From Escherichia phage naam, in the sequence record MN850630.1: a stretch of DNA of 64,000 nt. One strand, 5' to 3'. Positions 54,876-64,000 of the stretch are shown one piece after another; the first letter of the stretch is position 1; each line of letters starts with the position of its first letter. A model generated the notes under the pieces. It did no database searches, had not been told where the DNA came from, and was given only the letters and a program-made list of their open reading frames with translations. Both the position numbers and the translations under genes were made by a program.

Positions 54876-55075
54876 AAACCTCCGTGGTATTCTTCAACTG
54901 CATCAATAATACTTTTACACTTATCTACCAGCTCGTTAGCCACTACAGCATCGTCCTCCCAAACAGCTTCCTCAATCTGATCAAGCAATGATCGCATCTT
55001 ACCCATCATTTCTGGGATAAAGTTTTCTGAAAAACTGTCTGGAATTGTTAACTTTAGTGTCATTGTGGTCTCCAA
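54872..55075 (-). CDS. hypothetical acidic protein
   Basis: 67 aa. Confidence 0.45.
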   Translation of the reverse strand: METTMTLKLTIPDSFSENFIPEMMGKMRSLLDQIEEAVWEDDAVVANELVDKCKSIIDAVEEYHGGF

Positions 55076-55090
55076 TCATACCATGCGTTA

Positions 55091-55549
55091 TTAGAAGTTT
55101 GTTTTTACACGTCCCTTTTCATCAACTTCGTTGTTAGCTAAAAGCGTTACAAAGTCTGTGAAACGGACATGAAGAACTCTTTTCTTATCAAGGTATCCTA
55201 AAGCCACCCCTGAGAAATTTAGCATCAAAGGGGCTAAAGAAGCTCTAGCACTGAAATGCTGTTGTTCTACCCTTCCAACACCCTTAGTATAGGATGGGTT
55301 GAGATTGTAAGTTCTGAATCCAAGTTTTGTTGGGGCTTTAGAATTAAAAACAACTTTGTAGCGTTTCTTACTCAACTTATGCTCCAGGATAAGTATTCCC
55401 TTATCGCCCTTGATAAGTTGAAAATCTGTAAAGTGCTCTTTTAAGACGAAAGGTAGTGCCAGTCCCATTGCCTGCCCCCTTTGTACCGCTGTCTCACCAA
55501 AAGCTTTCGCATCAGTGAGTTCTTTGGTCAAGTCTATGCTTTTGATCAT
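55091..55549 (-). CDS. hypothetical protein
   Basis: 152 aa. Confidence 0.5.
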   Translation of the reverse strand: MIKSIDLTKELTDAKAFGETAVQRGQAMGLALPFVLKEHFTDFQLIKGDKGILILEHKLSKKRYKVVFNSKAPTKLGFRTYNLNPSYTKGVGRVEQQHFSARASLAPLMLNFSGVALGYLDKKRVLHVRFTDFVTLLANNEVDEKGRVKTNF

Positions 55550-56360
55550 ACCTGGTCTCCAAAATGTATTGTAGTTCTTTCTTACCTATACTCTTCATTC
55601 CGGCAGTCTTACCTGCTTCTTCTTGAAAAGAAGAATAGCATTCAGCAAACACTCTGTCAACACCGTCAACTAAAGATTTTATGAAATATGTCGATTCTTC
55701 AGATTTTGGGTCATCATCCTCCAATACTTTTCCAGCATTATACCCAACACGTCTTACACAGAAGTCGTAGTCATCTGGAGTGCTAAAAGAAAATAACTTA
55801 TTCTCTCCAATCTCTACAGGATCCCTATTACACGCCTTTTTCTCCCAAATTTGGAAAACACACGGCACGTCATAAGGTTTGCCATTAAGTAAAAACGAAT
55901 TCTTAGGGCACCTTTCGCTGTAGACAAGGTGCATCGACATGTCCAATTTGTTTGCAAAAAATATTTTTTCAAATGTCCGTGGCAAGATGAAGGCTATGGC
56001 CCCTCCAAGCTCTAGCAATGATGCACAATGGTTGAAGAATTTGCAAGCTAGAGATGAATTCTTGCCAAATGGTGGGTTACCTATGAAGACATCTGCCTTG
56101 GGGTGCACCTCCAAGAAGTTTGCCTGAATGCACGGTGTTGGCCCTTCAAATTCAGGATCTGGTACTAAATCGTACGACAGTATCTCTGAAAATAGTTTTG
56201 AAAAAGAACCCCTCCCAGCAGAGGGCTCAACGTATGCACAATTCCCATAGTTATCTTTTACTTTACCAACAAGATATTCTGCATACTCAGGGTTTGTGTA
56301 ATATTTGTCGTTGGACTCTTTCTTGCTCAAAGTGCCTCCAAAAGGAAAAGGGAGGCGCAA
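55512..56360 (-). CDS. DNA amino-methyltransferase (N6-adenine or N4-cytosine)
   Basis: Motif I EPSAGRGSF, motif IV GNPPFG, N-terminal YYTNPE. Confidence 0.55.
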   Translation of the reverse strand: MRLPFPFGGTLSKKESNDKYYTNPEYAEYLVGKVKDNYGNCAYVEPSAGRGSFSKLFSEILSYDLVPDPEFEGPTPCIQANFLEVHPKADVFIGNPPFGKNSSLACKFFNHCASLLELGGAIAFILPRTFEKIFFANKLDMSMHLVYSERCPKNSFLLNGKPYDVPCVFQIWEKKACNRDPVEIGENKLFSFSTPDDYDFCVRRVGYNAGKVLEDDDPKSEESTYFIKSLVDGVDRVFAECYSSFQEEAGKTAGMKSIGKKELQYILETRYDQKHRLDQRTH

Positions 56361-56375
56361 GCCTCCCTATAATTG

Positions 56376-57359
56376 TTAGATTATCTGAATCAGGGTGTTT
56401 TTCATTTCTTCTCTGGTGCGGATGTTGTTACGGTCACGAACAACAGATCCACAACCTTCGCAGCGATATGTTTTAAATGCACTCAGTTGAGTATACGCCA
56501 AAGCTTCTTCCTCGTGAAGGTGCTCTCCACCACAGCGTGGGCAACGAACTTTTGGCTCCTCATCCTGGTAGTACAATGACATGTTGGGGTGCTGCTTAGC
56601 AAACGGGCGAGCCAGCAAATACAGGCCTTCCAGAGATAGGATATCGCCAACATTGTACTCCCGCATCTGTTTAAACGCCTCAAGATCACCGTGAACACAC
56701 TTGATCCACATTTCAAATGTGTGGTCAATCAGTTTCTGTCGGGCAAGTTGGAAGTATTTGCATGCATACTCCAAAGTGTTTGCATTCAAACGGAATGCCT
56801 TCTTGATCATTTTAAGGGTGTCAACCTCTTTGTAGGGGCTTGTTGGAGGCAATCCGTGAAATGCAAATCGTTGGTTGGCCCACCCACAGTCAAAACCTGA
56901 ATTGTGGGCTACTGCGACATCACATTTATCCAGATAATACCACAAATCCTGAATCAATTCGAGATCATTGTGAATATCCTCATCCCACATTTTGTAATCA
57001 GGAAGAGCGCAGTCAACCACACTAGGACTGTCTAACCACTTACCTGCGAAAGTTAGCATGTAGGGCATAATTTCAATACCGCAGGTTTGAATGTTGGTCT
57101 TATAGTGCCCAAAGAACCAGCCGTTTGTTGGAGATGTCTCTGTATCATACACCCAAACTTTAGCACCTTTGTGCTCTTCAAGGAAGCGCTCCGTTGCTTC
57201 TCCTACAATCTCTGACATATTCTCTTGTGCACGTTTAAGCTGTAGTCGGATCCAGCTCTCACGTGACTCACGGCCTAAAAATTCACGAGCAATTTGTCTA
57301 TTAGTGTATCCCTGTTGCTTTAGTGTTAAAATTTGCTCAAGAGTTAACTTTGTCATCAT
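56376..57359 (-). CDS. DEDDy-type 3'-5' exonuclease-like protein with N-terminal HTH
   Basis: YDTETS (Exo I), AHNSGFD (Exo II), YNVGD (Exo III); C-terminal CPRCGG...CEGCG. Confidence 0.5.
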   Translation of the reverse strand: MMTKLTLEQILTLKQQGYTNRQIAREFLGRESRESWIRLQLKRAQENMSEIVGEATERFLEEHKGAKVWVYDTETSPTNGWFFGHYKTNIQTCGIEIMPYMLTFAGKWLDSPSVVDCALPDYKMWDEDIHNDLELIQDLWYYLDKCDVAVAHNSGFDCGWANQRFAFHGLPPTSPYKEVDTLKMIKKAFRLNANTLEYACKYFQLARQKLIDHTFEMWIKCVHGDLEAFKQMREYNVGDILSLEGLYLLARPFAKQHPNMSLYYQDEEPKVRCPRCGGEHLHEEEALAYTQLSAFKTYRCEGCGSVVRDRNNIRTREEMKNTLIQII

Positions 57360-57371
57360 CGTTAAGATTCC

Positions 57372-57593
57372 TTAGTAAAACTGAAGAATGTCTTTTAAAG
57401 CGAAGTCACGATATTCGCCCTTGTCTACATCGAAGGCACGCATCAACCACTGCTCTTCTTTATGATACTCTGTAGAGCCAAACCATAAATTAGGCTCAGT
57501 AACGCAGCGATCTGCAACAACACCTTTCCAGTTACGGTATTTCATCCTGATCAGGACTGAGTCGCAAGGATTGAATACCTTTTTCATCCCCAT
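57372..57593 (-). CDS. hypothetical protein
   Basis: 73 aa; start uncertain. Confidence 0.4.
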   Translation of the reverse strand: MGMKKVFNPCDSVLIRMKYRNWKGVVADRCVTEPNLWFGSTEYHKEEQWLMRAFDVDKGEYRDFALKDILQFY

Positions 57594-58137
57594 AGAAATC
57601 TCTCTCCTCAGTTTTCTTTATAAACTCCTGCATGTAGGACTCAATAGCCTCATGCTTGGTGCACTCTGGATTAATGACAAGATTGAGATCTGATTCTGCT
57701 CGTGCAATGATCGTAGCTTTAGAGCATCTCCTCAAGAACTTTGTCATATCATCTCTGTAGTTTTTGTGGAGCGGGAAGTCGCTGTAGTCTTTCTCCAAAT
57801 AGTCAGCCATCCGGCGCAACGCCTCTGATAAACTGCAATCTGTATACTCGTTACAGTATTTCATCCAGTATTTAAGCACATACCCCTCAAAGGTATTAGT
57901 GCATTGTGACAAAACACCCCTGCAACGACCAGTCAGATGGTCATGATCCAAACAAGGCTTACGAAGTGGCTCGCACAAGATCGGATCAAGACCATCCTGC
58001 TCCTCTGACAATTCTTTTCGAAAGTTGGCTATGTCCTTAGAATCTTTTAACCACCCGTTATGAACGGGGGCTTTGACAGCTTTCTTTCTTATTTTACGCT
58101 TTGCGATAATCCCTCCAGATGCGCCCTGCCTATCCAA
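57532..58137 (-). CDS. endonuclease VII-like (Holliday junction resolvase)
   Basis: CLDHDHLTGRCRGVLSQCTN matches T4 endo VII HLDHDH...RGLLCNLCN. Confidence 0.7.
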   Translation of the reverse strand: MDRQGASGGIIAKRKIRKKAVKAPVHNGWLKDSKDIANFRKELSEEQDGLDPILCEPLRKPCLDHDHLTGRCRGVLSQCTNTFEGYVLKYWMKYCNEYTDCSLSEALRRMADYLEKDYSDFPLHKNYRDDMTKFLRRCSKATIIARAESDLNLVINPECTKHEAIESYMQEFIKKTEERDFYGDEKGIQSLRLSPDQDEIP

Positions 58138-58718
58138 TAAGCATCTGCGAGATCGGCCTTACCTTGTACCAAATTGATCCCATCTAGGAACCCAGGTTCA
58201 GATACTTCGCAGGCCTTAACCATCAACTTTTTATCCATCGTAACAGGTTTCTTCACAGTATGCTCTTTACCTGTCTTTTTGTCAAGCTTTTTCTTCTCCT
58301 CGAAAGCAAGTTCCTCAGGAAGATGACTACGAGCAAACTTTTTGGCAGTTGTTGGTGTCACTGTGTGGACCTTAAACAGGCCGTCATTTTCACAATCGGC
58401 TAAGGCATCCCAAAGCATAACTTCAAGACCGTAAAACAACCCAGCCAGTTCACGTGTGGCATCCCCGCGTGATCCAAAGGAAAGCCCTTCCATAACTACG
58501 GTGTCAACGCCGTGAGTGTGGATATAATATCTGACCTGTTTGCAGATCCAGTCAATACGCTCAGCCGCTGTTGCAAAAGAAACCGTCCCTGGTTTCTTCT
58601 CTTTTGCAGATGAGCTTTGAGTTCGTAACACAACCTTATGAACAGGCTTTCCATCGTCCCATACAACGCAAGCTGTGTGTGTCAACGACTGGTCTATGGA
58701 TAATAGACGCTCTCTCAT
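58089..58718 (-). CDS. RuvC-like resolvase/nuclease
   Basis: LSIDQS..T, VVMEG, ADLADAYWIG resemble RuvC catalytic segments. Confidence 0.45.
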   Translation of the reverse strand: MRERLLSIDQSLTHTACVVWDDGKPVHKVVLRTQSSSAKEKKPGTVSFATAAERIDWICKQVRYYIHTHGVDTVVMEGLSFGSRGDATRELAGLFYGLEVMLWDALADCENDGLFKVHTVTPTTAKKFARSHLPEELAFEEKKKLDKKTGKEHTVKKPVTMDKKLMVKACEVSEPGFLDGINLVQGKADLADAYWIGRAHLEGLSQSVK

Positions 58719-59050
58719 GCTTCCTCATCCTCCTCTCCTTCATCAGGAGCATAAGCCTTATCTTTGAACAATACGAGAGAGCAAAGCTTAACATCTGTTT
58801 CCACACTGGTGAACATGCATAACCGCTCGCCCTCAATCAACTCACAATCCTCTTTTAAAACAGCAGACCATACACGGTCATCTGCGTAATCATCCGTGTA
58901 CAGGATGTATGAAATGGTGTCATCTTCATACAACCGCCACATACCTGTGGCAACAACGAATGTATTTTTTGTTTTAAGTGTCCCTGTTGTGTGATCATCC
59001 TCAAAAACAGCTTCCATAATTGCGTTATCTACAGAATTTTTAGTCATCAA
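58715..59050 (-). CDS. hypothetical acidic protein
   Basis: 111 aa. Confidence 0.5.
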   Translation of the reverse strand: MMTKNSVDNAIMEAVFEDDHTTGTLKTKNTFVVATGMWRLYEDDTISYILYTDDYADDRVWSAVLKEDCELIEGERLCMFTSVETDVKLCSLVLFKDKAYAPDEGEEDEEA

Positions 59051-60186
59051 ATTGCTCCAACATTTCTAAGAACGTTAACAAGTTTTGTTTGATCATTGAA
59101 TGTTCGCTTCATATACAAACAGTCAAAAATTATACTCATCCATTGACCTACGGAAATTCTACGATCAATACCATTGAAGTCAGTATACTTAACAACACCT
59201 TTCGGGAACCACTTCTTGTACTGATCAATAATAGCCATCCACATCTCCTTTGGAGTGCTGCACTGAGACAGTAGGTAGAATGCTGAGGCATCTCCAAACT
59301 TACCCTTACCGATAAGTCCCTGATACGGCTTGATGTTGTCAGCAGAGTCACCACACAGCATTTGGTATCCGAAGAACAGCATTCCGTAACCACCAACCTC
59401 TCCATTAGGCTTCATGAAGATGTTCCCCATACCGTTATCGATCAGCATAGGGGTTTCTCTTACAAAATCTCCCTTATCGTTTCGCATGGGATCGAACACA
59501 AGCCCCGGTAGTGTTCTTTGGTCCTTATCAATAGAGATAATAAACTTGTTGAACTTACCTGTTTTTTGGTAGTGGTTCCAACCTTCAAATTGCTGGATAG
59601 CTAACCAGTCGTCAGCCTCGATACCGTTGATCACTTGAGCATTATACTGCTTTTGGAGATACTGTCTTGCATCTCCAAGCAGCAGTGGTCGAAGAGTATT
59701 GTTACGGTTGGCTTTATATCTTTCCGGCATGGGAAGATCTAGTCTGAAATTACCTGTGCCTCCAAGTACCCCCACGCACCGATCTTCCGGAATACCGAGA
59801 TAATTAAGGACTGCATTAGCTTTACACTTAATTGTGTGCAAGCAGTTCTCTACAGGATCAGGGGTTTGGATATCCAAGACATCGAAATCTTCTCGTGTCC
59901 ACGGAATAAACTCCTTGCCAGCCTTTTTACATGCAGCTTCACGGTTGGTATTCTCAGCTTTTAACCAACCACCAACGGTGTTCTTCTGCCGCCCCCAGAA
60001 CTCTGTTCGTGTTTTAAACATCTTCTTACGTCCGGAGGCTTTGTGTGTTACCTCAATTGTCCTTTTTTCACAACTTGCTGCAGCTTGATATGCAACCTGA
60101 TCGAAGTCATAATAAACTATAGCGTCAGGTTCAAGAAGATCAGCCAGACAATCTATGGACTCAATAAGTGGATATTCTCTACTCAA
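59047..60186 (-). CDS. 5'-3' exonuclease / flap endonuclease (RNase H-like)
   Basis: RYKANR, GIEADDW, LCGDSADNI, GLIGKGKFG match PolI 5'-nuclease/FEN motifs. Confidence 0.8.
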   Translation of the reverse strand: MSREYPLIESIDCLADLLEPDAIVYYDFDQVAYQAAASCEKRTIEVTHKASGRKKMFKTRTEFWGRQKNTVGGWLKAENTNREAACKKAGKEFIPWTREDFDVLDIQTPDPVENCLHTIKCKANAVLNYLGIPEDRCVGVLGGTGNFRLDLPMPERYKANRNNTLRPLLLGDARQYLQKQYNAQVINGIEADDWLAIQQFEGWNHYQKTGKFNKFIISIDKDQRTLPGLVFDPMRNDKGDFVRETPMLIDNGMGNIFMKPNGEVGGYGMLFFGYQMLCGDSADNIKPYQGLIGKGKFGDASAFYLLSQCSTPKEMWMAIIDQYKKWFPKGVVKYTDFNGIDRRISVGQWMSIIFDCLYMKRTFNDQTKLVNVLRNVGAI

Positions 60187-60487
60187 AGACCCTCCTGTTA
60201 GTTATTCTGCAAGATGGTTGGATGCTGTAATGGAAGGCATCATCACTCTCTGCAATAAGTGACTCAACATCCCAATACTTTTCAAAAAGGAACGGATTAG
60301 ACCCCCAGTGGTGGGTTATTTTCATCAAGGAGTCTGGTATCATATAACCACAGATCTTAATTACATCGCCAGGTTGAATTGTGTTTTCATGAAGGTTGCT
60401 TGCCTTCTTCAGAATCATACCTTTATGATTCTCGTTTGCATACAACTGGACAATATCTTTATCTTCAACAATAAAAATTTTAAGCAT
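60179..60487 (-). CDS. hypothetical protein
   Basis: 102 aa. Confidence 0.5.
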   Translation of the reverse strand: MLKIFIVEDKDIVQLYANENHKGMILKKASNLHENTIQPGDVIKICGYMIPDSLMKITHHWGSNPFLFEKYWDVESLIAESDDAFHYSIQPSCRITNRRVFE

Positions 60488-60546
60488 ATCTAGTTCTCCT
60501 AGTTTATAGATATTTGACCGATAATATCAGATTAATAACACTTTTG

Positions 60547-60840
60547 TCAAGACTTTTTAGTCTTTCTTGGAGAGCTTTTTGTTGATCTTTTCCTTTTGTG
60601 GTAGATTCCAAGTGCAGCGTTTTCTTGGGCGCACGTTTTAACAGTTCTCAGACAAGAACTTTCAGCTTTAGGCAGGTTTAACTCCCACCAACCAAGCCAG
60701 TAAAGTTCTGATTCAGACAACTGCTCAGATTCAGCCTTCCGATACAAGGCTTGCATACCTCTGATGATATCGTCCAGAGGTGTATCGAATACAAAAGCTG
60801 TCTTATCGAATTTCTCTTTTACAGGTTTCTTAGCCATCAA
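60547..60840 (-). CDS. hypothetical protein, basic C-terminus
   Basis: 97 aa. Confidence 0.45.
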   Translation of the reverse strand: MMAKKPVKEKFDKTAFVFDTPLDDIIRGMQALYRKAESEQLSESELYWLGWWELNLPKAESSCLRTVKTCAQENAALGIYHKRKRSTKSSPRKTKKS

Positions 60841-61294
60841 GGTAACCCTCTATCCACGAAAAGTCAGTCTTCCACTCTGGAACTTTACTAAGCTCACGCC
60901 ACTCTGCAAAGCAGTCTCGGTAATACGCCTCTGCCATACCTTTGGTGATCTTATTCACCTTAGCCAACTGATTAACTGCCTGAGCATACTTTCCACGAAT
61001 ATTTGCTAATCCAGGATGCACCGATGTGTGACAATCTGGGCACAACGCTATCAGTCCGACAAGCCGGATCACTCCCTCTTCGAAAGTGTAAAGTTCATGA
61101 CACTCCACTGGGTGTTTGCTGCCTTTACCGCCGCACACCTCACAGGTGTAGTTGGCTTCTCTATAGCACTTCTTGCGGATCTTATCCCACTCACTCTTCT
61201 TTACAGCGTTTCGGAGGTTATTATACCAAGCTGTTTCTGGGATCAGTTGCACAATAAGCCTGCGTTCAGACTTCATTAAACGTCCGTCTTCCAC
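60830..61294 (-). CDS. putative HNH/zinc-finger nuclease-like protein
   Basis: CEVCGG...ECHE...CPDCH arrangement. Confidence 0.4.
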   Translation of the reverse strand: MEDGRLMKSERRLIVQLIPETAWYNNLRNAVKKSEWDKIRKKCYREANYTCEVCGGKGSKHPVECHELYTFEEGVIRLVGLIALCPDCHTSVHPGLANIRGKYAQAVNQLAKVNKITKGMAEAYYRDCFAEWRELSKVPEWKTDFSWIEGYLDG

Positions 61295-61303
61295 GTATCC
61301 TCC

Positions 61304-61510
61304 TCATTCAAAGAAATGGGTACGAGGGCAGGAACCTGCCTCTCCTTGTTTCACAAGTTCGTAGAGCTCACCTTGGCTTGTCTCATAAAGGCAAATACGT
61401 TTACCATTGTCCCGATATACATCGACAAGATACGCTGTTTCACCTGCAAACACTACACCACAGGCCAGACATGCCGCCATGAACAAAATTGCCAACAGAA
61501 AATCTTTCAT
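61304..61510 (-). CDS. small secreted/lipoprotein-like Cys-containing protein
   Basis: Signal-peptide-like N-terminus MKDFLLAILFMAACLACG; next to endolysin. Confidence 0.5.
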   Translation of the reverse strand: MKDFLLAILFMAACLACGVVFAGETAYLVDVYRDNGKRICLYETSQGELYELVKQGEAGSCPRTHFFE

Positions 61511-61573
61511 GGTTAAACCCTCTCAAACATTTTATGAGGTGACAATACCACGTCCGTGTGGTTATGTCAATGA

Positions 61574-62044
61574 TCAATCCAGGACAACACCGCCTGCCTT
61601 TTTAAACACCTCGATCAACTTCTCGATCTTCTGTTCATGCTGACCATATCCAGCGCCGGGTAACGAAGCCCAGCGGGAACGGCATTTGCGGATAGCTTCG
61701 TGGATACGCCCTTCGTCAATGTCGGCGAGAGCCTTGCACTCACGGATCAGTTGCAACGCAATCTTGTCCTGACTGGCATGGCCAAAATCTGGTAATCCTA
61801 ACTGTTTCATGTAGTGTTTAGCAAACTTCTCCAAAACCTGGTAACGCCCAGCAGCGGAGGAGGTAAGCTTAGCATTTAGCTTAACGTAAACACCGGGATG
61901 CTTGCTGTAATCGCTGAACAGCTTGCCTCCGACTATGACATCGTACCCTCGATCCTTGGTAGGTTGTCTACCATTATCTGTGCCTTCCGAATATGCGATC
62001 ATATCCAAGAAAGCTTTTCGTTGAACATTTTTATCAAGTTTCAT
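61574..62044 (-). CDS. endolysin, lambda R-type lytic transglycosylase
   Basis: QRKAFLDMIAYSEGTDNGRQ...GYDVIVGG nearly matches lambda R. Confidence 0.85.
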   Translation of the reverse strand: MKLDKNVQRKAFLDMIAYSEGTDNGRQPTKDRGYDVIVGGKLFSDYSKHPGVYVKLNAKLTSSAAGRYQVLEKFAKHYMKQLGLPDFGHASQDKIALQLIRECKALADIDEGRIHEAIRKCRSRWASLPGAGYGQHEQKIEKLIEVFKKAGGVVLD

Positions 62045-62168
62045 TTTTCATACTCTCCAGTTTACTAATAACTAACCCGATCAACAACACTGCATAGTGT
62101 GGTTATGCAGGTGCCAATTGAAAAACCATTATTCAATTGGCTACCGTTACCTACTGAACCTTCCTACA

Positions 62169-63452
62169 TCATTCCAGCACCTCCCAAGTGTCCGGGTTAA
62201 CATTTCGGACGCAGATACCGACAGGGAATTGGTAATTGTTGTCTTCTGTCCTTGCTTGATATTTGAAGGTGACAAACTTGCCGATCATTTCCTGCATCCT
62301 GTCATAGCTACGCTCCTCGTGCGTGCCTTTCATCTTCATTTTAACAACAACACCTTCCTTGTCAACACAGATAAGAACACCTTCATCATTCTTATCTTTC
62401 TCAACGTCAATAACTTTCACCTCTGAGTCGTTGAACTTTTTCCATTTCAATGCTTCAGATGTTCGCTGACCATACTCATATTTACCACAGAAGTTACGCA
62501 TAATGGTACCTTCATATCCCTCAGACATAAATATACCAACAGACTCTTCGCACCGATCAACTGTGTATGCAAGCTCTGCATCAACAACCTTAATATGATC
62601 AAGCATCAAAGAAGCAATAGCACCATTTGCCTCCATAAGATCCTTACAGCGTCCAGACTCTGTTTCAGGATCCCACCACACCTTATCGCTAGGAATATCG
62701 AAAATATGATACTCTAAGTCGTAGCTGCAGTACCCTCCGTAACGCAAATCATCACGAACAGGCTCAACATCAACAGGAATGTCCATCTTGTTGAAGTTTT
62801 TGTATGTTGCTAAACCTGCTTTAATCGCAGCCTGACGGCGTTTTTTATCTGCCTCGTAGTCTTTATCGATCTCGGCCTGAATTTCTTCCTGTGTGCGCCA
62901 CCGTTTAGCAAGAGACACTATTTTCTGCAGAGGCAGACCATGAATATAGAGCTCTCCGTCGAGCTGTTTAATCCCGGTGGTTAGGTGGAAAGAGCGAAGT
63001 TGCTCCAGAAGCTTCCCTTGAATAGGGTAGGACTTATTACCACGGGAAATAAATTTAGGCTCACCATTCTGGAAAACAACAAGTAGACGAAGGCCATCTA
63101 ACTTACGCAAGATCCAGCAAGGTAATTTAAGTGCCTTGCCACGCTTCAGATAGTCATGCACCAACATGGGTAGAAGATCAACACCTTGCTCACAATCTTC
63201 CATACTCTCCACGTACCCAAGTCGGACCTGTTTTTCCCACTTACTGATCGCTTCCAGCTCGGCCTGTTGCTCAGCTGTAGTTTCATTGGCGCGACCCACG
63301 TTCTTAGGTGTGCAGATCGTCTCTTTGTATTGCAGTTTACCATCAAGCTTGCCAAACTCTACGATAACCTTATCACCATCCGTGAATACTTTCCACTGTT
63401 GGTAGCTGCCATCTTTATTCAGTGCGTACAGTGTTGTTTTGATTTGATGCAT
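62169..63452 (-). CDS. ATP-dependent DNA ligase
   Basis: Adenylation motif RKLDGLR (KxDG); 427 aa. Confidence 0.75.
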   Translation of the reverse strand: MHQIKTTLYALNKDGSYQQWKVFTDGDKVIVEFGKLDGKLQYKETICTPKNVGRANETTAEQQAELEAISKWEKQVRLGYVESMEDCEQGVDLLPMLVHDYLKRGKALKLPCWILRKLDGLRLLVVFQNGEPKFISRGNKSYPIQGKLLEQLRSFHLTTGIKQLDGELYIHGLPLQKIVSLAKRWRTQEEIQAEIDKDYEADKKRRQAAIKAGLATYKNFNKMDIPVDVEPVRDDLRYGGYCSYDLEYHIFDIPSDKVWWDPETESGRCKDLMEANGAIASLMLDHIKVVDAELAYTVDRCEESVGIFMSEGYEGTIMRNFCGKYEYGQRTSEALKWKKFNDSEVKVIDVEKDKNDEGVLICVDKEGVVVKMKMKGTHEERSYDRMQEMIGKFVTFKYQARTEDNNYQFPVGICVRNVNPDTWEVLE

Positions 63453-63721
63453 TACTCGGCCTCTTCCTTAAAAATTTTAAACATCTCTTCTTTACTCATT
63501 ACCAACCAGTCTCCCATAAAGTCAACTAACCAATCTCCCTGGTACAAGACTAGGTTACCAAACGGCTCTACAAGCTCACACATGCGACGAAGATCTCTGG
63601 TCCGAACAGGTGACGATGTAAACACACCTGTATCAATCCACCGTTGCAGATCAGATACTGATGAAGAGCTTCCGTCAAACTGGTGTGCTTCTACAGGTTT
63701 AGCAAGATTAAATAACGGCAT
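63452..63721 (-). CDS. hypothetical protein
   Basis: 89 aa. Confidence 0.5.
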   Translation of the reverse strand: MPLFNLAKPVEAHQFDGSSSSVSDLQRWIDTGVFTSSPVRTRDLRRMCELVEPFGNLVLYQGDWLVDFMGDWLVMSKEEMFKIFKEEAE

Positions 63722-63980
63722 TGCAGTCCTCCTTATCTAATAGGTCTTTTATCGGGTAAACAAGCAGGTGTGGATCGTAATAATTTATAGTTTTATTCTG
63801 CCACACTATGAACTTAATTACAACTAAATTTACCACATCTTTATCTCCATGTAGTCCAACACACAGATTTGTCCATATTTTGTGGTTGAATACTTTGCTG
63901 TCGATGTAGATCTTAGTGTCAAACTTATCCTCTATCCTGCCTATGAGTTTAACCAACTCTTTCATCTGATCCCCAAACAC
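63708..63980 (-). CDS. hypothetical protein
   Basis: 90 aa; true start may lie further upstream near window edge. Confidence 0.4.
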   Translation of the reverse strand: MFGDQMKELVKLIGRIEDKFDTKIYIDSKVFNHKIWTNLCVGLHGDKDVVNLVVIKFIVWQNKTINYYDPHLLVYPIKDLLDKEDCNAVI

Positions 63981-64000
63981 AGCATCGTTTTCAAGATCTC

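Noticed and set aside
1-64000. tRNA or rRNA genes
   Set aside because: No cloverleaf-compatible segment with conserved T-loop (GTTCGAATC-like) and anticodon-arm spacing found by eye in non-coding regions; the GGTTCGAAACC near 41870 lies inside the ClpP-like CDS. A tRNAscan run would be decisive.
1-64000. Integrase, reverse transcriptase, transposase or prophage boundary
   Set aside because: No recombinase, RT (YxDD) or transposase motifs recognised; gene content is that of a virulent phage replication and nucleotide-metabolism region.

Overview
Phage-derived window, most likely a virulent tailed dsDNA phage of a Gram-negative host (inferred from gene content, sigma70-type promoters and AGGAG-type RBSs; no database search was possible). 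Two convergent transcription blocks: (1) plus strand 1-26.1 kb with a C5-MTase-like gene, a T7-type fused primase-helicase, a family A DNA polymerase, an SSB-like protein and about 50 small early ORFs, many with their own near-consensus sigma70 promoter; (2) minus strand 28.6-64 kb with tandem arrays of paralogous small acidic proteins, an HPF/RaiA homolog, two amino-MTases, a ClpP-like protease, PhoH, nrdG/nrdD/glutaredoxin/nrdB/nrdA, a ThyX-like protein, HAD nucleotidase, P-loop kinase, DEDDy exonuclease, endonuclease VII, RuvC-like resolvase, FEN-type exonuclease, lambda R-type endolysin and ATP-dependent ligase. Between them lies a 2.4 kb repeat-dense non-coding region (26.1-28.6 kb). No tRNA, rRNA, CRISPR array, integrase, reverse transcriptase or virion structural gene was recognised. 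Most notable candidates for undescribed biology: the expanded families of small acidic proteins, the phage-encoded ribosome hibernation factor, a conserved GC-rich hairpin element in three copies, hairpin-embedded promoter repeats, and the repeat-dense convergence region. All coordinates of non-ORF elements are hand-indexed and may be off by 1-3 nt.
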